A DNA stretch of 64,000 nucleotides from Haliotis rufescens (taxonomy: Eukaryota): positions 26,536,001 to 26,600,000 of the forward strand of contig NW_025963857.1 of the NCBI RefSeq assembly GCF_023055435.1, given 5' to 3'. The translations under genes and the position numbers were made by a program. This document shows positions 49,935-62,700 of this stretch, piece after piece. Position 1 is the stretch's first letter, and each line of letters opens with the position of its first letter. A model generated the notes under the pieces. That model did not search any database. It was given only the letters and a program-made list of their open reading frames with translations, and was not told the DNA's origin.

Positions 49935-50423
49935 GGTTAAATATTACTAGAGTAAGGACTGTTGCAGAATGCTCGATTACTCTGCATCTGAATCTGTCAA
50001 TTGTTTCTTCACCTGAATCACTATATCTTTGTTTGACATCTCTGACCCATATGTCACCAGTTGGCTATGACGTCATAGGATAAGGTGGAATGATACTTGC
50101 CCGTCCTTTGACAAAATGAGGCATTATCACATAACAGTGACCCACTGCCGTTTAAAAATAATTCTATCTATTTCAGATGCTTTATCCCGCAAACAACGCA
50201 TGGTGTAACAGATTCGTACCCTGGGTACTCAAGGGTTCTATATGGTAAACGCCCTTGCCCCGTATTGCTTTTATCTGTCTACCAACATTTACGGCTTCTT
50301 AACTATCGATGTACGAACACGGAGTTATACAGTTTGAGGCAATCAAGTTTATTGTATACATAGCCACAGGCCTATACAGTGATTCGCATATTTTGCATCG
50401 AAAATATGATACTTGACCATATA

Positions 50424-53400
50424 TTACTTTCCCCACACCACCGTGCGCGGTGGGTTCTGCCCCCGACCAATGACACAGCATCCTACTCTTGGTCCTGAAT
50501 TGCCGCTAGCCACACTTCCGGCGTTACCACCAAGGCCAAGGTCATCAGTTCCTGCATGGATCTACAAATGATAATGAAATTTCAGTTTAAGTCCTCAGAA
50601 TTGAATCATATTTTAGAAGTACCCCTCTTTGATTTGAGCCGGGGATAGAGTGGGGCCTCCTGATAGTATAGGTTTCCGACATGTTTCAAGGGTCAGAATC
50701 AAAGAGCGGCCGACTATAGTGGATATACTAGTCAGGTGTTATACTGCATCCATATACTCGATAGCACATTTATGTCGATTCTCTAAATTTCTCATACATG
50801 TGGCCAGGGCATTCTCCAAGCCCCTCTATTTCTTCTTGTGGGACTACCATCTTTCAGGTGTGTCTAAGTTCAGTTGTCAAAACATCTATTTGATTGAATA
50901 TGTTCGGATGGGAGCCTTCGACGTGATTTTTTGTACGTGGAATCCACACACTGCGACTAATTAAGGTTACCCTCCAAAAATTCGGCATGTGCTCCGTAAA
51001 GTGGACAATGACAAACCCTCAAAACAACATTAAAGGCCAAAGTAGACACAATTTATGGATAAGAGCTTCTTTATTTACTGTAAAGGCGACGTTTCGGTAT
51101 TGATCCTTTTATCGTCGACAACGAAATAAGGGTCTATACGTCGCCTATACAGTAAATAAAGAAGTTGTTGTCCATAGATTGTGTCTACTTTGTTAACCGT
51201 CAACTTCTGAGTAATGCCTATCAAACAACATTAAATGCATATTAAGTATTTGACCCAAGCTGAAGATAAACAAAACTCATCAGTTGGGGCACCCAAACTT
51301 TCATTTTCTCTTGAAGCCAGAAAAAAACGGCCTTTTTCATACATTTTAGCTTATGCTTATGCTTAAGCTATGCTTACAACATAGCTGATACTTTTATTTC
51401 AATATTTTAAAGTAATTTTTGAGCTTGCTTTTTGCAGTGGGCGGGAAGAGTACCACCCAACCGCCTCCTTTGACAGTCGTTTTCGATGTAACAGAACAAA
51501 GCCATAAACATACATTCCCAACCGTGCGGTTAAGTAAGTTTCAATACAGAATGACTAAATATTCCGTTTATTAGTAAACGCGCCAAAAGCTTTTACCATT
51601 GTACGCGATTAACTGCAGAGCACGAATCCGATGACAATGGTAAACCTGCTCAAGCCAACTGTCAGATAGGACAGGACCATCCACAAATGTTCAGTGACTT
51701 GATCGCCACGTGTATTGTATGTCTAAAGATGTATCAAGAGCTCTTCAATCCCATGGCCAGTCGGGTGTATACATTGTACTCTCAGAACCTTCCAACTGCA
51801 CACATCATCAATATTTCATCACAAGTTTCAAAGACAGGCCAAACGGTCAAAGGTCCGTGGCTTGATACTTTGGTTAAAAACATCTACACGGCTATATGTA
51901 GTCATTGATGTATTGAAACCTGTAAAGTCTTGACTATGTCGGCGAACACATGTACACTACCAACCAATGGCTACTCCGACGGAGACTGCGAAGTACATAC
52001 CAGAAAGTTTATAAGCCGAAAATATGTAGTTTGGTACACTGTAAGATAATAGACTAGACGCCGCACGCATTAAAAGGTCTTTCTTCACCATAAATGTTGC
52101 ATTTGGCAGATTATATTATATGTCTTATTTTTCCTGATAAAAATTTCTCACTTTTACGTACAATGAAACAAAATTCTTGGCGAGTGAGTGAGTTGGGTTT
52201 TACGTACCAGAAATTACATGTCAGCTCACACATTGTTGTTTGTCTGTTTGTTTGTCTTTTGTTTAGCGACGCACTCAGCAATATTCCAACTATATCACCA
52301 CGGTCTTCAAATACTCGAGTCCGGACCAGACAATCCATCATTAGCATCGATCCACGCAATAGGTATACGATAACACGCATCAACCAAGTCAGCGAGTCTG
52401 ACCACCCGATCCCGTTAGTCGCCTCTTACGACAAGCATAATCGCCCTTTGTGGCAAGCATGGGTTGGTTAAGACCTATTCTACCCCGGATCTTCACGGGT
52501 CCAGCTCACACGTATATTGAAGGGAAACCCAAAGGGACCACTTCGTAGATGTGTTCCACCTTTATGAAGCGTACGACGACTTGGTTCGAACCCAAGATCA
52601 AGGGATCCTGGTAAAAGAAACAATGAAACTACACAGTGAATTTTAGAGTCCTAGACGAATATGGTGGTCTCAGACTAAGAATCATTATCTTGGAATCGAG
52701 CTGTATTCGTACTGTACGTCTGTGTAGTAACATTATACATGTATAATAAGACACGCATACCACAAGGCTCCTGCCGATGAGTGAGTTCGTCCCGAACAGC
52801 CTCGCTACCGTATCAGTAATGGTTGTATTAACAGTGCCATCAGCTTGTTCCATGATGTTTCCGAAGTCACCAGCATGTCTGAAACAAAACAAAAAAACTA
52901 ACAATAGCACAGAACAGAAGTGGCACACACAAAAGGATAGTGCGTGAAGGAGTGGTTTTACTCTGCATTCAGCAATATTCCAGTAATATCACGGTGAGCA
53001 CCAGAAATGGACTTCACATGTGGGGAATCGAACCCGGGTCTTCACCGTTGCGAGCGAACACTTTAACCACTAGGCACTGGACGCATTGTTTTAGATAAAT
53101 AGTTCTCATTAGTTAAGTTGACCTTCAACTCCGGACGCCCTCAAAGACGGACGCCATCTCACTGTGTCAGTTTAAAATCCTTCATTGATCAACTCATGAT
53201 TTGATTTTACTCAAATCCGTCATGATTCACTCATATGCTTGCGATTAAAACCAGATTACCTTACTGGGGAGGTACGATCGCCATGATTAGTTCCAAACGG
53301 GTTGAAGTGTCCCCCAAGGCTTGCGCAGCCATTACTGAGGTCTCCGAGTGCATGGGCGTGGAAGCCGTGAAGAACCACGGTGTCGGTTGTCGAGAATCCT

Positions 53401-56400
53401 TGGAGGTCAAGGTCAATTGTAAGAGGCGAAAGTCGTTGTGTACAATACTGAAACAAAGTGACCAGACTGAGGGCTTATTCAAATTTAGCAATATGACGAC
53501 GCGAGACATCATTCGTAGATTTCACACATTCCTCCAGGAATCGACCTGGGCACTTCCTTTTATCACTGGGCCATCTCTTCGATCCGTCCAAAACAAAGAG
53601 TCCATCACTGAGCGTCTACCTTGTATTCAGATGCGTCGTCCTGGTTACTATAAAATTGTTAAAAATGTGCTCCAAACGTGTTTCGAATTGTGTTTAGAGG
53701 TGTTAAGGTGTTAATACTTACTACACATAATAAACATAATTACTTCACTGTATAAATTATCTTGTGGATACAGGGGATGTTCCGCCTTAGTTCTGCAAAG
53801 GTCAAACAATACTTCTCCCAAAGAAAGTAATTTGACTGACCCTAAAAAAATCCGCCCTCTTACTTGTCTGAATGCACAGTACAAAATATTCACAAGGTGG
53901 TTGTGTCACAGAGCTTGTGTCATCAAACAGAGCTTCCAATGACATTATTTACATGGAGGAGAAAGGAGCCAGAAAGGGAAGTTGGGTTTGTAAGGATCAA
54001 TTACTTATTCAGCAATGCAGGTTAGGGGCAAACTCCAGAATGCCCATATCAAGGACAAACCTCGGGCAGAGTACAAATGTAGAAATCTGGTGTTCAGAGC
54101 TGAACGCTCGCAATGATGTCAGAGCCACAAATACTTATGCTGTACCCGTCCTTTCGTATTCCTTTGGTGTTGTTGATTGGACGAAACAAGAAATTCACGG
54201 TATTGTCAGCCTCGCACGAAGAATCATGTCCGAGAATAGATCCCACCACTCTCGCACTTCCCTCGCTTATTTTTATCAATCATAAAGGGAGGGCGTGGTT
54301 GGATTAACGTGGAAGCTCTTCATGATAGAATTGCATTGTGCACTTTTGCACACATGTGGCACAAACACACTATCTTAAGTGTCATGATGGCGTAGCTCGA
54401 TCATTTTATTACCGTATTCGCCATGCTTGCGATCTTGGCCAATGAGTGTGAGGTCCATCCATGGTACGACCCAGAATATGTAGAGGGCGTCATGGAAAAT
54501 GACAAACAATTCTTTAGAACTGGCCCGTTTACAGCCTGAGACGTATCCAGGCCAACAAACCTGATCTTGTCCTTTTTGATAAATCCAATGAAATCATTTA
54601 TAACATTTATAACATTGAATTTTCTGTCCGTTATAACACTAATGTGATTGACAAGATTCGGGAAAAACATATATACAAATATACGGTCCTCACGCTTGCA
54701 TCCCAAGTACCAAGTTGTCCGGCTCTCCATTCTTCTCGGTGCCTTAGGTTTGGTACCTCCCAATCTGTTGACTGACATTGGGAGAGTAACCGGGTTTGTT
54801 ACCAGGAATACAGCCCATCTGACAATCTGGGTAATACCGAAGGCTGCAGTGTTGGGATTTCTTCATATTCTCCGAAAGGTTCTGGGCGGGTTTGACAAGG
54901 CAGCGCTTCCTGGGAAAAGTCCCATTTGCTGTCTGAACTGCGTGTAGAAGGGGCAAGGGCCCTGGGCTGATGATGAGCCTAACCAGCCTGACTGTGCCAG
55001 GATCACCCAAACCCTCTTTGCTGCATATAATGATAATGATAATAACAAAGGCAAATATATGAAATATATTATATGTAATCGTAGGTTATTCCAACAGGTG
55101 ATTTTTAAAAAACAAACAAAAAAACCATCCCGTCTTTTAAGCAATACATACGAAAATGGTGTCACTGAGGGTCTAATATTGCCCTATTTGAGCAAATATT
55201 GTGACGAAATTTGTTGTTGCCTCACGTTAAGTGTTTGTGACAGGCGTATCGTCCCGCTCACTGGGTCTGTGATTCCGGGGTCTGCGGCCACTCTGCACAC
55301 AGCGTTCACTGAAATATACAAACAAACAAGCCACCTGAATATCTGTTCTACCTTGAAAGTTCAGCGCAGCCTTCGTAACCCGTCCTCGGTAATCTAGGGT
55401 ATTATATACACAGTAAAAAAAGTGTTGCACCCCCTATACTTTTTCATGGAGGGGTGTTTTGAAAGGGTGTAAAGATAACCGAATTAATATTATAACCAGG
55501 ATTTCGTGTATACCAACAAACCAGTGTATTGTCTATACAATGAACTTAAATGGGGTATTCCATGACCTTATGGCATGTAATAATCTCATGCTGAACTTTT
55601 ACGAAAAATGAACGAACAACGAAGACGCATTAAGTATGGTGACATCTCAATAATTTTTAGTGACCAAATTCATCCAATAGGGTAAGAATGTCATATGGAG
55701 ATTTGACGAACACAGTAAGTCAATATCGAGAACTTCCACCAAGCACTTGGATCACAGCTTGAAGTCTTCGTCTCATACTCCTCACCAGACGTTGGAATCG
55801 CTCCATGGGCAGCTGCTGCCACTCCTCGTGTAATGCTGCTTCCAATTCACGCAAGTTCTGTGGAGGAGGGTCCCGACGATAAATCAGGCGTCCCAAAATG
55901 TCCCATACATGTTCCAGAGGATTCAGATCTGGACTCATTGCTGGCCATGGAATCTGCGTCAGAGCATTGTTGTGGATAACCTGGGTCACAGCTCGTGAAC
56001 GATGTGGTCTGGCATTGTCATCCATGAATATCGGTCTGGTGGCCAGTGGATGATTGTCAAAATGGGGCACCACAACTGGATTCAGCACCTCTTGGATGTA
56101 GCGCTCCCCTGTCAAGTTGCCTCGTATGGTCACTAAATCAAGCTTACAATCAAATGAGAAGCATCCCCAGACCATAACAGATCCACCTCCATATGGTACA
56201 GTTGGCATGATGCTTCTTGCAGTATAAGCTGTTCCAGGACGCCTCCATACTCTCACTCTGCCATCCACAACATGCAGAAGGAACCTGCTTTCGTCCGACC
56301 AGTGGACTCTTCTCCAGGACCTCAAGTTCCAGTTCTGTCTCAGTCTACACCAGGCTAGACGTAGTCGTTTGTGGTTGTCTGTGAGTTTAGGTCGCTTGAT

Positions 56401-59400
56401 AACCCTTCTGGACTTCAACCCTGCAGCTTTAAGACGATTTCTCACGGTCTGGGTACTGAACTGTTGACGAGGAAGCCAAAGACGTTTCAAGGTTGTGCTT
56501 GTAGCAAATGGATGACGCCTTACCACCCTCAACAACGCTCTGTCATCTCTAACTGTGGTCTTACGTGGTCTGCCAGAGGGTCTGCGATTCCTTACATCAT
56601 TAGTTTGTGCGTGTTTTCTGACCAAACGGCTTATTGTTGAGTAGTGATGTCCGGTTCTTCTGCCAATCTCCTTGAACGAGAGACCTGCTCCATGAAGGCC
56701 AATAATCTGCCACTTGACTGCTTCTGACAATCGTCTACCCGGCATTGTGGGTTACAATAAACTGGGCTGTCACAGAACATCTTTTATAGGCGATGTTGAG
56801 CTTAAGAAGATACTGCAATCTGCAAATGTCATGCACCATGCAATTCACGTGCTGATTGCTACGTTTTGGTGATCATCTTCTCTCCGAAAACATTACACAT
56901 TTAACATCAGATCCCCAAGGAATACCTACCATTAAAACCAGAGTCGGGCGTTTTAAATGTTGTGATGTATCAAACGTATTAATGTGGGGGTGCAACACTT
57001 TTTTTACTGTGTATATTATCATCCTGTTATGATATTTGTAACGCGGAGCATTACTGATGATCTCCACCATCAGCTTAGCTCATCCAGATTCGCCATGATA
57101 AAACTGAAATAAAGCTTGCCAGAGTCACACAACCTTCACTCACTCAATCACTCACTCACTCACTCTTTATGTGACCTTGTGACCTGTAAAACTATAATAT
57201 GCCATATATTTTCTATTCTCATATGGAAATATCTAGAATGAAAAATCTGGATGAAACAAATGTACGTAATGCAAATCTTGTTTATTATTAATTCAATCAA
57301 ATGAAATAAGCATGACGGGAATTTGCATTGCCACCCAGATACTTAAGCTATTAAACATCTGCTCTTCCTTACGTCATGTTGAGTTTAACGCCGCTCTCAA
57401 CAGTATTGCAGTTATATCACGTCGTGTCAGCTCCACGTGGGAGGAAAGAAGTGATGCAGGTCTCAGACGTTAACCTCTTTGGTGAAACCCACGAGCACGG
57501 GTATGGTGCTGACAAACATAGAAACATATTGGGGACGACCCGTGATTCGCACACTCAACCATAGGTTTCTGACGTGCCCAAGGGTCGCAACTGTGCACAG
57601 CGAATTGCGGCGCCATAGACGACTGGGCCACCGGCTTTCCCAAACCCTTTCCAACAACAGCTTAAAGAACCTAAACGTAAAATAAGTCATCTAGTCCAGA
57701 TGGAATGGAAAATGAATGTTGAAAGTCAAGTTTGTTTGTTTGTTTGTTCAACGTAGCTCTCAGCAGTTTTCCAGCTCTAGGATGGCGATCTGTAAATAAG
57801 CGAGTGTGGACCAGACAATCCACTGATTGACATCATGAGCATCGATCCACGTAATTGACATGCATCAGCCTGACCATCCGATCCCGTTAGTCGCCTCTTC
57901 CAACCAGCATAGTCGTCTTTTAAGACAAGCATTGGTTGTTGAAGACCTATTCTACCCCGGATCTTCATGGGATTTTAAAGTCGACAAGATAACCATAACC
58001 ATAGTAACCTTCGAAACTTTAATAAAATTGTGCCCAGCAACTCGCTCCCAGATGTCAAGTCAAGGACTATTATATGTCCGCTTCACATGTCTGGAAGTAT
58101 GCATGACCCAAACACTTATATCGGGATATCTATTATTGATTGATTGTGTATAGGTGCTAAAAGATGCGAAAAACAAAAACCTTAACAAGTGTTGTGACAC
58201 AAATAATGTTATATCGACATCGCAAACTGGTTTTCATTCAAACATTGATCTATTAATGACATATATTTAGTCAAGAATAGGGGAAGACTTTACTGTCTCT
58301 TCATTGACTTTTCTTAAGCCTTGACCTGTAGTAATCATACTGCAATGTTTGGAAGAAAATGGCTGTCGGGGTATAATTATGTCCACAGATATTCCTTATG
58401 GTTGCTGATGACATCTCAGCAGTAGCAGACTCTACAAACCGTGTCAAGAAGAAAATTAATATTATTTGAAATGTTATGAAATGCTACATGAATAAATATA
58501 AATCTTACCAAGACAAAGATTGTTGTATTCATAAATGTTGGAACGCTCAGACATGAGAAATGGTATCTCAAAGGACTACAGATAGAAACTGATTAATTAC
58601 AAATATATTGGTACTTTTTCACCTCCATGCGCTCATGGTCCAAATCCCAAATATGTTAAGCAGCACAAGCCACAAAGCATAAATCGACCGATTTAAACAG
58701 AACTTTAAACATATTACATGTGGCGAAATGTTTACAAAATTTGACTCCATGTTATGCCCTATGTTATATTATGGATCTGAAATCTGGGGAACTACATACT
58801 GAAGAGTCATTGAACAGGCCCCGATTAGGTTCTGTAAAAGACATTTCAGTCTCAGCATCAATACAAATAACAACAGGGTACTTGGTGAGTGCGACAGAAA
58901 CTCTCTACAACACCATTGCTTGTCACGATCAGTCAGCTACAGGATCATTCATATCGAGAATCACCCATTACCACAACATGCATTTGTTATGCTCAAGTCT
59001 CTGGGTGATTACGGAAAAACAGCATGAGCAACCAACATCAGGACCTTTCTCTTCCAATATGGATTTGGTTTTGCATGGTTAAGTCAAGAGATCAGTGATA
59101 CCTGTTTTTAAGTATGTATATACAAAGATCACTTGACTTTCCCCACCACAATTGACATCAAGCCCTTAGGAAAGTAAAGAATATGAAATGAAAAACTGTT
59201 TAGATGGACGCTCTGTTTACCCACTCAAGGATATAAAGTTCTTATCACTGACAGCACAACTCTTAATGTGTTGGTCTATTTGTATCAACAATCCGTCGCT
59301 CTAATAAGGTATGAAATTATCTAGATATTCCACGATGGGGCACTGCTTTAGATTTATCCAGGAAATTTTGTGTAGCTGACTGAAGGCTTTGAACACTGAA

Positions 59401-60582
59401 TAAACTGAATAATGATATATGTTCATGTATTAACGTTCCAGATGGTGTGGGTGGAACCTCAGCCACATCTCAAAATGAGAACAATGTCATATGAACTGGA
59501 ATGGGGTGTAACATCTGGTTCAAGATGTTTTTCAAATTGTTATAACATCTTTTAATCCTTCCGATTTCAAACTGAATTCGAGTTCCAATGTTTGTTCGAC
59601 CTTAACATGATCAATTTCAACCTCAAACATGTTTAAGAAATTCAGAAAAAGCAATTTTGTTTCAATTTCTGTCATTTCTGTTGAGAGGCGGGTGCGGCAA
59701 ATTGTAGCAAACTGCGGCAAATTGCAATACCAAGTGCGTTAAATTGTAATAACATCTCTTAATCCTTCCGATTTATAACATAATTCGAGTTTCAGTGTTT
59801 GTTCGACCTTAACAAGATCAATTCCAACCTCCAGCATGTTTAAGGAAATAAAAAAAGCGATTTTGTTTCAATTTCTATCATTATTTCCTTAAACATGCTG
59901 GAGGTTGGAATTGATCATGCTAAGGTCGAACAAACACTAAAACTCTGTTTTGAGTAAATGCAAATATCAAGAATGTACAGTAGTCTTTATCAATTCAGTC
60001 GTTTCAAAGTCCGGATTTGGATTTCCAAACATCTTAGTCGAACATTTTGAACTTCATGCAGGTTTCTTTGTATATTTGCAAATGAATAATATTTCATTAC
60101 AATTTACCACAGTGAAGTTATTACATTTTACCGCATTGATATTACATTTTACAGCAGTTAATAGCAACTTACCACGTTATAACAATTTACCAATGCCGGT
60201 TTTGTAGTGAAGTCTCCTGTGATTCCAAACCCCAGTTGATAATGTTTACCCTACTCCACGATAATATACAGACTTTTAATCCCCGTCATGCCAAGCGCCA
60301 ACAAGTGCCATATTTTAACGTCTCTTTCCGGTGAACTACGGTAGCGGTCGAAGTCATACGTATATATTTTCACAAAATACATGGATGATTAGAATATAGA
60401 AAGTAAAGGGCTGGTGATATAACCTACATGTACTCCTCCTTTTTCTTACCTGTTTGAAGTACACAGCGTCGATGAGGCCTGAAATACCTATTGAAGTATC
60501 GATGGCCATATCGATGGGCATCCACAGGCGTGTAGCTTTGAATAGCTACTAACGCCAGAAGTAGAACGCCGGTCGCTCTCAT
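50424..60582 (-). CDS. SOD3: Secreted Cu/Zn superoxide dismutase copy 3, 219 aa. Exons 60582-60450, 55308-55226, 53447-53260, 52878-52761, 50561-50424
   Basis: Signal peptide [22 protein letters not shown]; [55 protein letters not shown]; same intron phases as copies 1 and 2. Confidence 0.9.
51038..51230. mobile_element. Head-to-head palindrome of two Penelope-like pLTR pieces
   Basis: CAAAGTAGACACAAT...GTCGAC...ATTGTGTCTACTTTG; same family as 15258-16250. Confidence 0.8.
52232..52501 (-). mobile_element. Family-A retroposon copy
   Basis: TSD CAGCTCACAC. Confidence 0.85.
53500..55045 (+). mobile_element. Internally deleted R4/Dong-like (RLE) non-LTR retrotransposon relic in SOD copy 3 intron 2
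   Basis: [65 protein letters not shown]; (TAA/TGA)n tail. Confidence 0.8.
55409..57011 (-). mobile_element. Intact Tc1 (DD34E) transposon, 1603 bp
   Basis: Perfect 26-bp TIR CACAGTAAAAAAAGTGTTGCACCCCC; TA TSD. Confidence 0.97.
55720..56745 (-). CDS. Tc1 transposase, 341 aa
   Basis: [22 protein letters not shown]-(34)-[16 protein letters not shown]. Confidence 0.97.
   Translation of the reverse strand: MPGRRLSEAVKWQIIGLHGAGLSFKEIGRRTGHHYSTISRLVRKHAQTNDVRNRRPSGRPRKTTVRDDRALLRVVRRHPFATSTTLKRLWLPRQQFSTQTVRNRLKAAGLKSRRVIKRPKLTDNHKRLRLAWCRLRQNWNLRSWRRVHWSDESRFLLHVVDGRVRVWRRPGTAYTARSIMPTVPYGGGSVMVWGCFSFDCKLDLVTIRGNLTGERYIQEVLNPVVVPHFDNHPLATRPIFMDDNARPHRSRAVTQVIHNNALTQIPWPAMSPDLNPLEHVWDILGRLIYRRDPPPQNLRELEAALHEEWQQLPMERFQRLVRSMRRRLQAVIQVLGGSSRY
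57378..57635 (-). mobile_element. SINE family C (diverged)
   Basis: Similarity to 39873-40144. Confidence 0.8.
57730..57971 (-). mobile_element. Family-A retroposon copy (diverged)
   Basis: Similarity to 1728-1995. Confidence 0.8.
59540..59946. repeat. ~135-bp direct duplication followed by an inverted copy (foldback)
   Basis: 59542-59676 is similar to 59749-59882; 59884-59945 is the inverse of about 59787-59850. Confidence 0.75.
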
Positions 60583-60707
60583 CCTCAACACACAATACAT
60601 CATCAGATGACTGATCTGACTCGACTGACTGATATAGGAGATTTAACGTGCGCTTTCCGACTGTAGCGTATTTCGCGCACGGAGATCCGACTCTCTCGGA
60701 CGCCCAT

Positions 60708-60716
60708 CTTATATAT
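60708..60716 (-). promoter_or_regulatory. Probable TATA box of SOD copy 3
   Basis: TATATAAG on the minus strand ~130 bp upstream of the ATG. Confidence 0.5.
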
Positions 60717-61116
60717 CAGTCCTAATGTCATCCGGGTAACTCGGGGCCCTTTGTTCATCTAATGTACAGGTGGGCGTATTGTTCATCTTATTTACAGGTT
60801 GGCGTAGCCATTTGACGTGTAAATAGTGCGATATTGCTACACTCTACTTGAAAACAGGTTTGCGATACAGTATGAGGTTTGGTGAAAACAACTTTATTCT
60901 TCTCCTTTTTATATTGAAAATTCATGAGCTCCCTCTCATGTATGGAAAGAGGGAGGTATTTTTTATAAAAAAAAAGCCGCCTGCAATGCTGAAATATATA
61001 TATATGTCATAGTTCCAAAATACATCATATTTTCTTCTATTTTTTGTAAATAATTTTGACTTAAATAAGACTAAACAACATATTTTAATTACTTAATAAT
61101 TTGTGTACTAAAAGTA

Positions 61117-61325
61117 TATTATCAGGCGGTGTTGATATACGCCGGCCTTCATTCACAAGGTTTTGTTGATAAGCATTATGTATTAAGCGTTAAGACTACA
61201 TGCGTGTAGTGGATAGGCATTATGTTCCGTCCAAAGTTATTATCAGTCGGTGTTGATATACGCCTGCCTTCATTCCCAAGATTTAGTCTATGAGCGTTAT
61301 GAGCTAATCGTTAAGACTACATGTC
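61117..61325. repeat. Two ~121-bp tandem copies
   Basis: TATTATCAG(G/T)CGGTGTTGATATACGCC...CGTTAAGACTACATG occurs twice. Confidence 0.8.
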
Positions 61326-62304
61326 CAGCGAGAGAAGTAAACATTACTCTATGATAACGCGCTCTCCAAGAAAACTTATGTAATTTTAGTCATTTCTGCA
61401 TACTCATGTCCTTCAAAACTGCGAGGTAATCTCTAAATTCAGATAGTCAGCACGTTAGATTAGCAAAATTGTGTAGGTATTGTTTAAGTAAGTGATAATT
61501 GAAAATGCGACCGAATCATGACCTAAGAGCATCGGTGGTATTAATAACGGCCTTTATTCCGGGTACCTCACTGATGAGACACCCGGAATAAAGACTGGCC
61601 ACTAATAGATGCTTCTCTTGGTTGTTTTAAGGTAAGATATGTTCACTTCATATATATTGTATGTTCTTAAACTATATTCCTATTTTTCCTGTTTTCTATT
61701 GCATTCTATATTCTTAGTTGCTTTGAATATAATCAACATATTAAATTAGGCAATAATGATTTTAGGGTAACCAATAAAGTTAGTATTATAGTTAGGTTAG
61801 ATCACGTAGCACGAGAAACAATCTAACAATATAGTGTATCTTAAAATAGTATAAAATATTATATGATAACGTTTTAAGACATTGGTTCAGCAAATTAAAA
61901 TTACACATAATCGGGCTCGTGGAAGCAAAGTAATATTCCTGTGCATCTGTTGTCAATTGTATATTTTATTGAATGTTTGCAATTGAAGTGTATGTAAATG
62001 AATGTATCTTTAAATGATTACTGTGTGTGTTCCATTCAAATGATTCAAACTACCCTTGATGAAATTAATGTTTAAACAATGTACTTATTAAGCGCGGCAA
62101 CTATACTGTACACGCAAAACCCATAAGCACATAACACGTGTTGTTTAATTCAGTTGCTCATGTATTGCTATATTTTCAGTCTTATTAGGCTCTATTTATG
62201 TCTACATTGTACACATACAATGACATGTCGTCGGGCATATGACTTTGGTTATTAACGGTAGATATAAAACATGTGGCCATATTTTTTAATTAGCAGATTG
62301 AAAT

Positions 62305-62700
62305 CTTATTGATATTTGTGTATTCTTATTATTCGGTTTAAGTTGTATTCTGTAAGGTTGTATTGAAGTCAAGCTCATCTTTACGTTTCGCATAAACATT
62401 AAAAGATCATGCAAGAATATTTTAGTAATGGGTGAGATATTTATTAATATTTGTGTATTCTTATTATTCGGTTAAAGTTGTATTCTATAAGGTTGTATTG
62501 AAGTAAAGCTTATCATTACGTTCTTCATAAACATTAAAAGATCATTAAGACTATTTTAGTAAGAGGTAAGATATTTATTAATGTATGTGTATTCATATTA
62601 TTCGTTTAGGTTATCTTCTGCTAGGTATATTAAAGTAACGCTTATCATTACGTTCTTCATAAATAGCAAAGATCATGTAAGACTATTTTAGTTATTGGTA
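62305..62700. repeat. ~135-bp tandem repeat, 3 copies
   Basis: TGTGTATTC...TATTTTAGT recurs. Confidence 0.8.

Noticed and set aside
61571-61600. CTGATGAG as a hammerhead core (also CTGATGA at about 54966)
   Set aside because: No correctly placed stem II + GAAA or stem I/III pairing
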